DNA from: Octopus sinensis
Taxonomy: Eukaryota
DNA length: 64,000 nt
Direction of reading: 5' to 3'
NCBI RefSeq assembly: GCF_006345805.1
Contig: NC_043017.1
Span: 3,906,001-3,970,000, forward strand
The notes under the pieces are model-generated. The model was not told the origin of the DNA and did not search any database. It saw only the letters and a list, made by a program, of their open reading frames with translations. The translations under genes and the position numbers were made by a program. This document shows, in pieces, positions 37,234-51,444 of the stretch. Position 1 is the first letter of the stretch; the number at the start of each line of letters is the position of its first letter.

Positions 37234-37322
37234 TTGCTGCTGATGCTAGTGCGTTAGCGAGTGCATTCTCACTCTCTGTTTGAAGTCCACCCATAGAAGT
37301 TGCAATTGATTTCATGCTCATC
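37234..37322 (-). CDS. IF gene B exon 7 (tail linker)
   Basis: ttccag|G MSMKSIATSMGGLQTESENALANALASAA A|gtaagt; 89 nt, phase 2 to 1. Confidence 0.85.
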
Positions 37323-37380
37323 CTGGAAAATTAAAATATATTTAATTTAATTACAGTAAATATTTTAGGTTAATACGTAA

Positions 37381-37763
37381 ACACGAGCAAAACGCCCCCG
37401 TCCAGTGGACGATACTGAGTTGTCAATCATTTAAACTATATTTTCTCAAAACAATTTGTCCGACCGTCCCATAGGCCTCCCCTTTGAGAAACACTGATTT
37501 AACCTAAATCTGAGACACCAGCAAAAGAAGAAATAAAGATAGGCTTGTTTCTATTCCAAGAAAAACGATTTTACAAATGCATGTTCCCACGGCTTTATCG
37601 ATCGCATTCTCACCTGGAATCGATTTTTGTAATTTTTCAAGACTTATACACGCCCTGATACCGTCGGTATCTACATATCAAATTTGAGCGCAATCGGATG
37701 GAGGATGCCCGAGATCCTAGAAGACACACATGCACACAGACAGAACGGATTTTATATAATAGA
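37381..37763 (-). mobile_element. Helitron-like non-autonomous insertion
   Basis: TCTATTATATAAAA 5' end and CGTCCACTGGACG subterminal hairpin, non-canonical 3' end; empty site in gene A intron 6 near 3022. Confidence 0.5.
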
Positions 37764-38256
37764 TAATGAAAGATTGTTTAATATTCGTTATTCTTCAAAA
37801 TGTGTGTTGTTTTCATGAAGTCCAACTTCAGTTTGGCCCAGACAACAAAAATCTGTGATGTGGGGTGAGGGTTGATTTCATCATTTTGCGTGTCCGTTTA
37901 CATCGTTGAATTTGTGTTTGTTTCATCGTAGTGTAGCGGATGAAAAGAATTAAGTGAGGCGACTTTTACTGATAAGCATAACAGACGGTGTTTTCCACTC
38001 CTCAATCACCGGTCGCTTGTGGTATATGAAATTGAAAATATCAGTGTTTAATAAGGGTAAAAAAATTTCAGTCAATATTTATTAATAATGCGTGTTGTTC
38101 TTGTCGTATTTGTATGCGTGTGTGATTTCGTATTAATGGACGTATTTCCAATGTGTCTATAGTGGTTGTTAGTGGTATTGTGGTATGATTGGTAGTGTTG
38201 TAGAATAATGTGCTGCTCTTTTTGTTGATGATTTTTAAAGTTGTACCTCCTGTATA

Positions 38257-38376
38257 GGCGCAGGAGTGGCTGTGTGGTAAGTAGCTTGCTAACCAACCAC
38301 ATTGCTAACCAACCACGTGCTCCAGCATGGCCGCAGTCAAATGACTGAAACAAGTAAAAGAGTAAAAGAGTAAAGA
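38257..38376 (+). mobile_element. Internally deleted SINE family 1
   Basis: Head joined to tail with a short duplication. Confidence 0.7.
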
Positions 38377-39321
38377 GAGTATCTTCTGAAGTGTATGAGT
38401 GTGATTTCGATTTGTTCATTATGTGTAAGTGTATACTGGTGAGAATGAAGAGGTGGTCGGGAAAAGCACAGGTGTTGTTTGCTATGCAGTCGTGACAGCT
38501 TGGTTGTAGAGCAGAAGTTTGCAGATTTTGACACGATGCCAATCCCATTCAAATATATTTCCACCATGCATCTTTTGTAGAAATACATAATCCAATATAA
38601 ATTATGTAAATATGAATTATACATAATCTAACTTTTCGTGAGGTGTACGCAAAACAGCGAGAATCCAAACAATATTGAATGTATTTATTCTTAATATGTT
38701 CTGGCAGAATCGAACGGAAGTATCTGATCGCTGTTGTTTTCGTCATCGGAGAATACTTCCTCCATTTAGACGATATAAGTTCGTAACATCACGCAATTCA
38801 CAAGTTATAAGAAGACTTTGAAACACCGAGCTGGTCCAACTATATTATGTATCTTCTCAGTCGAAGCTACTCCGGACAGATCAGTCTCCCAAGAGTACAG
38901 GCTGTTGCCCATAGAAACCAGCAAACAAATTATTTACAGATGAGTGATGATGCCTGCCTAGCAGACATGATTCGTGTGGTGCAAGCAGAATAACGAGATT
39001 CCAAACGATAGGGTAATTCAATCTTTAATATGAATTAACTAATCATTGTCGCTTTTCGCCATCTCAGAATATTTCCTCCCTTCAGAATCTCAGTGGTCTG
39101 CGAGCACCTAACGATTTATTGTCAACTAATGGTCAACTAGGCACCAGAGTTGCAGTATTCGTTCCAACTTTTTGCTGCCTGAGTTCAATTCCCACCAAGG
39201 CCAAATTAAAGTTTTGAGACAAAAGAAAATACCATATTACTACAGTTGATTCCTCTTCAGTCCAATTTTACGTCTCTTACTTTCTTCCTCTCTCCCCTCC
39301 TTTCCTTCCTCTCCCTGGCTC

Positions 39322-39395
<74 letters not shown>

Positions 39396-39502
39396 CTTTC
39401 CCTCGTCTGTGTTCAGATCTAAAGGATAAATTCTGCCCGCGTTTGTTGTGCCTATTGTCCCATAAGTGCTCTCTGCGACTCCATCAGCAGGTGAGAATCC
39501 AC

Positions 39503-39771
39503 CAGGGTAGGAGAGTGTGCGCCCTCTGGTATTGCGAGTAGATGGCTTCCAGAGGAGAAGAGTAGAAAAGAAGTAATTTCTACTCTTCTCCTCTGGAAGC
39601 CATCTACTCGCAATACCAGAGGGCGCACACTCTCCTACCCTGATGTAATCTCCAGGGATACAGGCATCCAGCAACAGGACCTCCGTAATGCTATGATGGA
39701 CCGTGAAGTCTGGGCGTAGCATGGTAAATTCCATTGTCTCGACCACGGTCGAACAATGATGATGATGATGA
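39503..39771 (+). mobile_element. RTE-type LINE 3' fragment with 66-bp fold-back and 11-bp TSD
   Basis: EVISTLLLWKPSTRNTRGRTLSYPDVISRDTG..LRNAMMDREVW; (ATG)n tail; TSD tgagaatccac at 39492-39502 and 39772-39782. Confidence 0.8.
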
Positions 39772-39840
39772 TGAGAATCCACAGAAGGATGGAAAGATTT
39801 TTAGAATGTTATTATCTAAAGTTAAATATTTATCATTTAC

Positions 39841-40061
39841 CTGCCCTCTTCGCCTTCAAGGAGTTTGCGATATGCTGCAATCTCCAATTCCAGGGACAGT
39901 TTAGCATCCATCAGGTCTTGCAATTCCTTCAACATTATCTCCAACTCCATACGCAAACTATTAATTTCGGTCCGGTAATTCTCGCCTTCAGTTGCACGTT
40001 TGTTTTCACTCTCCTCTAACTCAGACTCTAGAAACTTAATTTTTCTTTTCAAATTTGCTAC
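39841..40061 (-). CDS. IF gene B exon 6 (coil 2B with canonical IF consensus)
   Basis: VANLKRKI...ELQDLMDAKLSLELEIAAYRKLLEGEEG; 221 nt; AG|gtaaat. Confidence 0.96.
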
Positions 40062-40147
40062 CTGTAAAGACAAGTCAAAGAGTACAATTATCAACTACGA
40101 AAAAAACTATCAAAACATAATCCTTAACGTATAATTACAGGATGTTC

Positions 40148-40265
40148 GGCACCTTGGGCAAGTATCTTCTACTATAGCCTCGGGCCGACCAAAGCCTTGT
40201 GAGTGGATTTGGTAGATGGAAACTGAAAGAAGCCTTTCGTATATATGTATATATATGTATGTGTG

Positions 40266-40297
<32 letters not shown>

Positions 40298-40299
40298 TG

Positions 40300-40376
<77 letters not shown>

Positions 40377-40503
40377 GTTTCGGTCATTTGACTGGAGCCA
40401 TGCTGAGGCACCGTCTTGAAAGGTTTTGTAGTCGAACAAATCGACCCCAATATTTATTCTTTGAAGCTTAGTATTTGTTACGGGGACGTAAACACACCAA
40501 CAC
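40148..40503. mobile_element. SINE family 1 fragments, forward and inverted
   Basis: Forward body 40148-40245; reverse tail 40374-40503. Confidence 0.7.
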
Positions 40504-40600
40504 CTTTTGTAGTAAAGAGATAAACACAGCTACAAAGCACGCACGTCTAATCAAATATGTTCACCTCTCATACTTCCCAATTTTTATTATACATACCTGC

Positions 40601-40656
<56 letters not shown>

Positions 40657-40708
40657 ATTTATTTATTGATTTATTGATTGATTGATTGATTTATGTAATG
40701 TCCCTTAC

Positions 40709-40825
40709 CTCAGTTTCATATTCGCCCATTTTAGCCGACATACCGCTCTGTTCCGTACGTAAATCTTTTTTCTTACTCGCGTCTACAACATCTGTTGGCT
40801 TCATACCTGCCTTTATCATATTTAT
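40709..40825 (-). CDS. IF gene B exon 5
   Basis: ctccacag|INMIKAGMKPTDVVDASKKKDLRTEQSGMSAKMGEYETE|gtaagg; 117 nt. Confidence 0.87.
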
Positions 40826-41477
40826 CTGTGGAGATAATAAAACTATATATGTGTGTGTGTGTGTATGTTTTATTTATTTTTCACATTCTTGTAGCTGAAA
40901 TGACATTACATGGATAAGTTACAAATAGTTGGATGGTCAAAGAATACCTGGATAACGAAAAAAATAAGCATGAAGAGTAAACATTATGGGAATGGTTCCT
41001 CTCCTCGTTCCCTTTACCCTCCTCTCCAAATAATCTGAAAGAAGATGAGGGTTTGTCTGAAAACAATAACGTCTGTCCTTTGTCCCTTCAATTTTGTCTG
41101 TTATACATGCAATCAGTTTTCTCATAGCGACCAGTCAGGGTAAAACTGTGTGTCCAACCCAGCCGAGAGGAAGACTATGATGTGATCTACACTACAGACT
41201 CCACTGATAACCAACTCTCTTTCACACCTAATTTCAGTTATGCAACATGACTCTGCTGTCTTCAGCTTAGCAATGCCTACGCACTGAACACCTGTGATGC
41301 AAGACTCTTTCATCGTTCTTCAAGCCTGTTGGATATGCCTTGATGATGTTATAGCACGTCAGTGGAACGTCTCCAGAGGCTTGCAATCATCGAACGGGAA
41401 TTTTCGAAATGTCTTCATAATAAAAGAGAGGAAAAATTCGTTCAGAGTAACCTGTTCAGCTGATCTTAAAAATAACC

Positions 41478-42743
<1,266 letters not shown>

Positions 42744-42744
42744 G

Positions 42745-43090
42745 CAACAACTGTGTGAAGTGTAGAATAGACAACACTACCGGCACCAACAAATGCAGAA
42801 TGTGTGGTGAGAGGGGTGAAGCGTTATGTCAGATAGTTTGCAAATGCCCGAAATTGGCACAACACGAATACAAAAGACATCGTGACAATTTGGCAAGTAT
42901 GATCCATTGGAAGCTCTGTGGAAATCACGGCCTACAAAGAGGTGGTATGAGAAAACTCCAGACATCGGAAACCGGACATTGTTGTGGTGAATAAAAAAAA
43001 AAAGAACATGTGTGATAATCGACGTAGCTTGGCCCCGGGGACAACAGGATCAATGTGAAAGGAAAAGAAAAAGAAATAAACAATTATGAC
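42745..43090 (+). mobile_element. R4/Dong-like LINE fragment (CCHC and restriction-like endonuclease)
   Basis: CRMCGE..CPKLAQHEYKRHRD..IHWKLC and PDIVVV..CVIIDVA. Confidence 0.7.
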
Positions 43091-43146
43091 ACTTTTAAAT
43101 CATAAAAATATATTTGTTACGCTTTAGCTTTCAAAAACCTCTTTAC

Positions 43147-43311
43147 CTCGTCTGCATGTCGACGTTGCAAATCAGCAATGGCTGTTTGCAACCTAGCCTC
43201 ATATTCGGCACCTAAAGCAGCAACTGTATTTCCGAAATCGGATTCCTTCGCTTGCTGAAGATTGCACTGCTTCCTTAGTTTTGCTATCAGTGCTTCATAT
43301 TCTTTGATCTC
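43147..43311 (-). CDS. IF gene B exon 4
   Basis: ttgtag|EIKEYEALIAKLRKQ...ALGAEYEARLQTAIADLQRRHADE|gtaaag; 165 nt. Confidence 0.9.
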
Positions 43312-44324
43312 CTACAAATAGTAATTAAAGCAACACAATAAGTAAGATGCAGGTTAGGAAATAAATATTAGTTTTTATTGAGCCCGTTTCATATATTTAG
43401 AACATTATGCTGATGAGAGATGAAAACAATGAACATGCAAAACTGTTGACAGTATATTGTTGGTATATATTTAGAATGCCGTTAACACTGAACACTTTTA
43501 TCGTCGTTTCAAAGTGTATTCTCCCACCAAATGCCGAACATTGTTGAGAGAAAGTTAAAACCAGTAAGTCAATGAGAAGGGCAGGATCAAAGCCCTAAAA
43601 GCAATATCCGTACCAATGGAGACGTTTCCCGGCTGAATCTAGTCCATGAAGAACAAAAATAACCGTTCGAAGGTGATATTTTGCATTTTAACACTAAGGG
43701 TGTCATTGTGGTAGCGTTGACGTTTCACCACTGCAATGATAACCAACATTATTTCTTATTTAAGTATAAGGTTGGAAGCTGAGCCAACGGGGAGGAGTTA
43801 CAACTAGATGAAATCTTCAAGCGGTTTAAAAGCAAAAGTCTCTTATAACCAAGTGGCAAAAAAAAAGTGTTTGTTGAAGGGCACCTAAGAATCATGACCT
43901 GGTTGTGGCCCATCCCGCTTAATGTATCAGAAATTAAGGGCCGAAATACAGGAGTGTTTTTTTTTTCTCTAAGGACCGTTTGCTGTTCAGTTCCTTTTAG
44001 AATTTCTTTACCTCTAATAACAGATATGGGTAATAGTTCGATTGAGAGATAAGTATCCTAATAATAGATAAATGATCAAAGCTGTAGATAATTGCAGATT
44101 CTGTATCACAGTTCGATCCACTGTCACTGTGGTTGATAGATAAATGTAATCGATCACTTGAGAAGCAGTGATTTTTTAAATTATGATTGTGTAAGTGAAG
44201 CAATCTGATTCAAGAAAGCCTAAAATCGCCGTGTAGGATTTAAAAAAAGAAATAACCAAAAACTTCCTGGCAATTATCCTGCAAGAGAATAACAAGAAAG
44301 GGAGACAAACAAAGGCAACATTAC

Positions 44325-44420
44325 AGCTTTATGGAGATCCAAATTGAAATCAAGTTCGTCTTCCAGTGCATCGTTACGCTTATCGGACTCCAATCTTTGA
44401 ATAGTTTCGGTTTCTAATTC
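44325..44420 (-). CDS. IF gene B exon 3
   Basis: ttccag|ELETETIQRLESDKRNDALEDELDFNLDLHKA|gtaatg; 96 nt. Confidence 0.9.
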
Positions 44421-45873
44421 CTGGAAAGACAAACAACACAAATATTTTCGTCATTATTTTTTTATTGCATAAGCATCAATAATCCGTCTCAGATAATGTA
44501 CAGAAATAAGAGAACTGAAGTTGGAATCATAAAGAAAATTGCGGGATATTTGCAGGATGATTACCCTTAATATGATAGATGGCAATGTGTTATTCATTAC
44601 AGTTGTATTAACTTTGTCCAGTTTACTTTGTCAGTTTCCGCGATGGGCACAATATTTATTTTGCTATTAAAAGTGATTTTTGCAAATTTTGTCAGAGAGG
44701 TTTTTACAGTTAGAAAAAAACCATCTCATAAAAACGGAATTTATAATGGGATGCTTGTGTGACGTATAAACATATTCGTTATATAATTTACAACGTTTCT
44801 GCTTGTACAGAAGACGATCAATTCATATGATGTGGTTTGTCTCATTTCAGCCTTCAGAGAGCCAACAGAATCAAAAGAACTTTCATTGTGATCGTCATGT
44901 TTCGTATTCAAACAGTGTAAATAATTTGGTCCCACGTTTGAAAAATATTTGTAAAAATATTTAATTTCCCACTGATATTTTGCATTCCTAAGGCGGCGAG
45001 CTGGCAGAGACTGAACCCAGAATCATGTGGTTGGGAAGCAAGCTTCTTACCATACAGCCACTCTTGCGCCTACAGTTTTTATTTTTTTATTTTTATTTTT
45101 TTTTTTAGTTTTAGAGTTTTAAAATGCTGATTTTATAGTTTTAAATTTTAAAGGGCCTGAAAAACGCTGATTTCATACTTTTGGGCCCTTTGTTAAGTTT
45201 TCAAAAGCTTTCGGAGCCAGAAAAATGTAAAAAGAACTCAAATGAAACACAATATTACAGTTAAACTAAAAAAAAAGGTTTATTGATAAAATGGCCGTAA
45301 AAGAATAAAAATAAAAATGAAAAACATGATGTATACATAATTCTCCCCCTGACACTGAGTGGTCACAGAACACTGCTCCCACTTGACAGGACAAAGAGAA
45401 ATTTCCCGCTGTCTTTGCAAGCAACAAGTGGGTGGATTTGGTTTCAGATCCAAGCAGGACCAAACGGGGTCGTACAAGTCATTTATAATAATAAGTGGCG
45501 TTAAATCGCGGTTGAAAGAACGGCGCTTACAATATGAAATATACTAAGACAATCTGAAAATAATAGAAACTTTTAAACGTTAACCGGTTCTTATGAAATT
45601 TTTAGGTTAACGGAAGCTAAATGTAACGGAAGGTAATAAGTCCGATAATGATTTTCAAAGTTAACTTAAAAGTTAAATCCTTAGCGAAAATGTTAACTTC
45701 ATTAATTAACGATTAACGGATTACCTGACTTACGCCCAGCTCTGTGTGCATGTGTAGAGGGAGGGGCAATGTGTACACATATCAGTGTGCGGAGAATTGC
45801 GTTAGAGATAGAGTGCGAGTCTGTGAGAAAGCGAGAATGAGAGAAATTACGATTTCAAAGTATTTTAACGTAC

Positions 45874-46060
45874 TGTTCTAAGATCAGCCATTTGGTCGTT
45901 AAGAATAACACTTCTATCCTTGCAGTTTCCAAGCTGTTTCTCCAGTTCTCCTGCTCTCCTCTTGCATGTTTCGCTGTCTGCAATGCGGCGGGCAACGTCA
46001 TCGTGTAACTCATTAACATTGACTTGCAGTTTGTCCCTCTCGTCCTGCACTTGGCGCAAT
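45874..46060 (-). CDS. IF gene B exon 2
   Basis: tgtcag|A LRQVQDERDKLQVNVNELHDDVARRIADSE...MADLRT|gtacgt; 187 nt. Confidence 0.9.
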
Positions 46061-46189
46061 CTGACAGAAAAATAGTGAAATGGTTTTGCTAAAGAATATC
46101 TATTCACCCTAGATATTGATTGGTGTGGCTGGAAGACAAGGTAATACTGAGACAATGTTTTATGTTTTAATGAAATGATGATGATGATG

Positions 46190-46531
46190 ACCCCCTTCGG
46201 TCAGACACTGACCATGGGTTTGCACCTAGAGAGTCAGCATCTGAGGCACAAGTCTGGGAAAGGTTGTTTTTTTTTATGGAAGACCAGCAGTCGACCATGC
46301 ATACCGGCCTCCCCTCTCCACGTCACTGATGTTATCCAAGGGAAAGGCAAAGGGGCCGATACAGCTTGGCACCAGTGACGTCGCAATTCATTTCTACAGC
46401 TGAGTGAACTGGAGCAACGTGAAATAAAGTGTTTTGCTCAAGAACACAACACGCAGCCCGGTCCAGGATTCGAGCTCACAACCTCACGATCGTAAGCTCG
46501 ACGCTCTAACCACTGAGCCACGCGCCTTCAC
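46190..46531 (-). mobile_element. tRNA-derived SINE with (ATC)n tail
   Basis: Head GTGAAGGCGCGTGGCTCAGTGGTTAGAGC..GCTCGAATCC. Confidence 0.7.
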
Positions 46532-46935
46532 GCGCCTTATTTAATGAAATAATACCAGCATTATGATAAAGCTACATCGAAAAATACCAAACGATCATCA
46601 CAAACGGTAGCGTTTCTTATTCCGTTTATTTATTTACTCGTAAGTTCGTTTATTCTGAACGTGGGAAACTTAACTCCAGATAATTTTGTTAGCCTAGAAA
46701 GAGGAATTAATATTATCTGACCTCTTCGCTATACTTGCAGCCTTCATCGGGATTTTAGAACTTAATGCATAGAAGGAAAACTTAATGTGTTGAAGGAAAA
46801 CTAAACCACGGAATAAGTACACAAATGGGATTGAACCAACGAGAAGGTCACTCTTAATTCTTTGATAAAATTTCCGATTTTTACAATGTCTTAATACAAT
46901 AAATGACTAGCAAATGTCGCATTTCACTACTTAAT

Positions 46936-47306
46936 GGAAGCACTCCGTCGGTTACGACGACGAGGGTTCCGGTTGATCCGAATCAACGGAACAGCCTGCT
47001 CGTGAAATTAACGTGTAAGTGGCTGAGCACTCCACAGACACGTGTACCCATAACGTAGTTCTCGGGGATATTCAGCGTGACACAGAGAGTGACAAGGCCG
47101 GCCCTTTGAAATACAGGTACAACAGAAACAGGAAGTAAGAGAGAGAGAAAGTTGTGGTGAAAGAGTACAGCAGGGATTACCACCATCCCCTGCCGGAGCC
47201 TCGTGGAGCTTTTAGGTGTTTTCGCTCAATAAACACTCAGAACGCCCGGTCTGGGAATCGAAACCGCGAGTCCGCTGCCCTAACCACTGGGCCATTGCGC
47301 CTCCAC
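46936..47306 (-). mobile_element. SINE family 2
   Basis: TSD tcactacttaat. Confidence 0.88.
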
Positions 47307-47387
47307 TCACTACTTAATACTTCTTGGCAGTCATCATCTTTCATCCATGGTTAAAGTAAATGGTTAAAGTAACTACTAGTAATAAAT

Positions 47388-47775
47388 AGTGGAGGCGCAA
47401 TGGCCCAGTGGTTAGGGCAGCGGACTCGCGGTCGTAGGATCGCGGTTTCGATTCCCAGACCGGGCGTTCTGAGTGTTTATTGAGCGAAAACACCTAAGAA
47501 GCACCACGAGGCTCCGGCAGGGGATGGTGGTGATCCCTGCTGTACTCTTTCACCACAACTTTCTCTCACTCTTACTTCCTGTTTCTGTTGTACTTGTATT
47601 TCAAAGGGCCGGCCTTGTCACTCTCTGTGTCACGCTGAATATCCCCGAGAACTACGTTAAGGGTACACGTGCCTGTGGACTGCTCGGCCACTTACACGTT
47701 AATTTCACGAGCAGGCTGTTCCGTTGACTCGGATCAACCGGAACCCTCGTTGTCGTAACCGACGGAGTGCTTCCA
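47388..47775 (+). mobile_element. SINE family 2
   Basis: TSD agtaataaata. Confidence 0.88.
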
Positions 47776-48097
47776 CCAGTAATAAATAGGGCCTTATACA
47801 ATATACTACGACCGTTGGCTTTGTGTCTAGTCAAACAATAGCTTGCACCGAAAACTAATAGATATTTACCAATATTACGTGTAATAAATGCAAATACAGA
47901 ACCGTGACAGATAAATGCGATGGGATTCTCAGAGAACGATCAGTTCTGAGCGTTTTTAAGTTATGAAGGGTGTAGGAAAAGTTTTCAGCCCAACCGAGAA
48001 ACCTGGCTGCTAGAGAGCTGAAACAATTTTTTTCTGATAAGTGCAGTCTTTTCGGAGTATTGTTGCTCATTTTCATGATTCTGATATTTTTTCCCCC

Positions 48098-48118
48098 CGC
48101 CGCCGCCGCCGTTGTTGC

Positions 48119-48157
<39 letters not shown>

Positions 48158-48179
48158 GTTGTTGTTGTTGTTGTTGTCG

Positions 48180-48246
<67 letters not shown>

Positions 48247-48269
48247 GTTGTTGTTGTTGTTGTTGTTGT

Positions 48270-48308
<39 letters not shown>

Positions 48309-48321
48309 AGCAGCAGCAGCA
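48098..48321. repeat. Compound trinucleotide repeat (GCC/GTT/GTC/GCT/GCA)
   Basis: Direct reading. Confidence 0.95.
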
Positions 48322-48795
48322 GACTTTTGAATAAACAAGTGTCGAAAATGGAGAAAACTGAGTATGGAGCTGTCATCAAGAACCTTCATTTGAAAGGCCT
48401 GACTCCATCAGAAATCCATTAAGATATGGTGAGAACCTTAACAGACAATGCTCCTTCATATGCAACAGTCAAACGCTGGGTAAATGAATTCAAGTGTGGC
48501 AGGGAGAGTGTGGGAAATGATCCCAGACCAGAGAGACCTCCAGCCTTGACCTTGCTCTTGGTATAATAATGCAAGATCGCCAAATATCATGTCGTCAGAT
48601 AGCCGAGAGACTGAGCATCTCAATTGAAAGAGCAGACAACATTGTAACGAAAGAACTTGGGTTCTCAAAGGTTTCCGCAAGATGGGTCCCTCGCTTTTTG
48701 ACTCCAGAACAGAGATGCACCAGGTGCACTTTGTCCACGAGCAATCAGGAACTGTTTGAAGCCGATGAAAAGAATTTTCTTGTTCGTTTCATTTT
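48321..48795 (+). mobile_element. Decayed mariner transposase
   Basis: MEKTEYGAVIKNLHLKGLTPSEIH*...TVKRWVNEFKCGRES... and KVSARWVPRFLTPEQR (WVPHEL-type motif). Confidence 0.8.
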
Positions 48796-48921
48796 AAGGC
48801 CTGAATGTCTAAATAAAATGTTCAAATTCACTTAAGGGAGAATGTAGAGAAGATGAGTAGAAGTTTTATAAATACAATAAAGAAACACAAAAATCAAACA
48901 TTAAGAGCAAATATCACTTAC

Positions 48922-49353
48922 TGTTCGCACAAATCTTCAACTAATTCTTCAAGCGATTCATTTTTGGACTCTATTTCTGAGAGTTTCTCATTTCTCTACC
49001 TGGCGTGCTTTCAAGTCACCCAGTTGTTCTTCGTATAGTTTCTTCATTTCATCACAATTAAACTCAACCTTAATTTCCAAGCGACCTTTAAGATGTTTGT
49101 TCTCAGCAGCTAAGACACGTTTTTCTTCAATGAGGTTGGCAAGCTTTGAATTCAAATCTTGCATCTCTCTCCTTTCTTTTTCGTTCTTATTTTTTATGTC
49201 AGTAACCTGTTTTTGGCTATGTTCTGCTACCGTTCCACTGGGAAAGACCACTGGAAGTGATGGTCGGAAGTGAGCCGGCATACGAATGCCAGGTCTTCTC
49301 CTTCGTCTCACTTGTACCACTGCTTTGCCAGCTTTCATTCCTTGTTGATTCAT
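48922..49353 (-). CDS. IF gene B exon 1 (head, coil 1A), with apparent 2-nt deletion at about 48991-48993
   Basis: ATG at 49353 aligns with gene A ATG; REMQDLNSKLANLIEEKRVLAAEN. TGA at 48988-48990, but homologous NEKLSEIESKNESLEELVEDLCEQ continues in a shifted frame to the conserved CA|gtaagt donor. Confidence 0.85.
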
Positions 49354-49484
49354 TGTTGTTGTATTATTCAAAGACTTTCTGCTGAAGAAAAGCTGTTGGG
49401 ATGTAATAACGAAGAATCCACTGCTCGGAGTACGAACTGCGCACAGAAAAAAAGTTTTTGCACAACAATTTACGACCTGCAGCT

Positions 49485-49533
49485 AAATGATCAAGTCAAG
49501 GCGTTGTTCGTTTATATATATAACAAGGAAGTG
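49485..49533 (-). promoter_or_regulatory. Gene B core promoter: TATA box, Inr-like TCATTT, GGAA site
   Basis: CACTTCCTTGTTATATATATAAA, with TATATAAA 30 nt upstream of TCATTT (A at 49488); conserved with gene A. Confidence 0.65.
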
Positions 49534-49908
49534 TAGTAGTGAGAGTAGGAGAATGTTTGATGGAATGTTCGATCGAGAAACGGAGGTGGAGGCAAATAAA
49601 GAGGGAAACGAAAGAGAAGTAAAAGTGAAAATAGAGTAATAGTGTGAGATCCATTGTTTCGGAAAGAAACAAAAGGATATTTCTCTCTCTTTTTTAACTG
49701 ATTTCATAGATATGTTTTAAGTATCACATTACGGTATGTTTGTGTGTATTAGCATGCATATGTAGATATACGTATATGCGTGCATCTATTAATCTATGTA
49801 TCACTATATACATATATGTGGTGTTGTGTGCGTGGGGGGCGTGTGTGTGTGCATACATGTATACATATATATATATATCGATATACTTATGTACACATAT
49901 AGTATACG

Positions 49909-49959
<51 letters not shown>

Positions 49960-49969
49960 TATTATAATT

Positions 49970-50064
<95 letters not shown>

Positions 50065-50125
50065 TATATATATATAATATATATAATTATATATATAATA
50101 TATATAATATATATATATATATCTA

Positions 50126-50157
<32 letters not shown>

Positions 50158-50334
50158 ATATATATATATATATATTATATATATATATATATATAAAATA
50201 TATATATATATATATATACATATATATCTACATGTCTACAAACAGATATACCTATGTACCGATATATGCACACACACACACCACACACACACATATATAT
50301 ATTATGTATATATATATATATATCTATATATATA

Positions 50335-50498
50335 GGCGCAGGAGGTGCTGTTGGTAAGTAGCTTGTTTACCAACCACATGGTTCCGGGTTCAGTCCCACT
50401 GCGTGGCACCTTGGGTAGGTGTCTTCTACTATAGCCTCGGGCCGACCAAAGCCTTGTGAGTGGATTTGGTAAACGGAAACTGAAAGAAGCCTGTTGTA

Positions 50499-50564
<66 letters not shown>

Positions 50565-50777
50565 TGTGTTTGTTGTCTGTGTTTGTCCCCCTAGCATTGC
50601 TTGACAACCGATGATGGTGTGTTTACGTCCCTGTTACTTAGCGGTTCGGCAAAAGAGACCGATAGAATAAGTACTGGGCTTACAAAAGAATAAGTCCTGG
50701 GGTCGATTTGCTCGATTAAAGGCGGTGCTCCAGCATGGCCGCAGTCAAATGACTGAAACAAGTAAAAGAGTAAAAGA

Positions 50778-50778
<1 letters not shown>
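50335..50778 (+). mobile_element. SINE family 1 in (TA)n
   Basis: Family match. Confidence 0.85.
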
Positions 50779-50811
<33 letters not shown>

Positions 50812-51117
50812 TATATGTAGTAATAAATATTAGGGAATAAAATCCAATTTACAGGAAAAAAAATCAGATTTAGGATTAAATCCAATTTTATAGTAAAATA
50901 TTATAAAATATTATTAGAGACAAACAAAACCACTATTTTGCAAAACAAACAAGGAAAGACTTAATCAATACATAAAATTTTAATAAATAGTCAAAAATTA
51001 TTTTTTATTATTTTCTACATATATTATATAGAATTTTTGACTATTTATTAAAATTTTATGTATTGATTAAGTCTTTCCTTGTTTTGTTTTGCAAAATAGT
51101 GGTTTTGTCGCTAATAA

Positions 51118-51158
<41 letters not shown>

Positions 51159-51359
51159 TGAAATGGATAAATGAATTATCTTGTTACGGATTATTCAAAT
51201 ATAACCGATACCTGGGTAGCAAAAATCACAACAGAAAAACGGTTGAGGTTACGACCATGGGGTCTCAAACCGTGCGTTAGTGCGGAAAATTTGAAGTTTT
51301 ATATATTTAGTGAGGGAAGAAATGGAGCTGAACGAAGATTTTACAAATTCCTTTTATTA

Positions 51360-51444
51360 TTTTCTACAAATGTTTCAAAGGCTGCAAAGTCCCTAATTCG
51401 GATTGAATAAGGAGACCATTTTGCAGCTTTCTCGTTCAGGAAAA
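51360..51444 (-). ncRNA. Hammerhead-like motif with 1-nt insertion in the core
   Basis: UUUUC-CUGAaCGA-long stem II (GCUGCAAA/UUUGCAGC)-GAAAC-AUUU-GUA-GAAAA. Confidence 0.45.

Noticed and set aside
39240-39782. 180-aa ORF
   Set aside because: Antisense LINE fragment, its fold-back and a (GA)n tract.
47855-48422. Poly-Q, poly-N and poly-C ORFs
   Set aside because: Compound trinucleotide repeat next to a mariner relic inside intron 1.
49354-49371. N-terminal MNNTTT extension of gene B from the ORF track
   Set aside because: It starts at TTG; the ATG at 49353 aligns with the gene A start.
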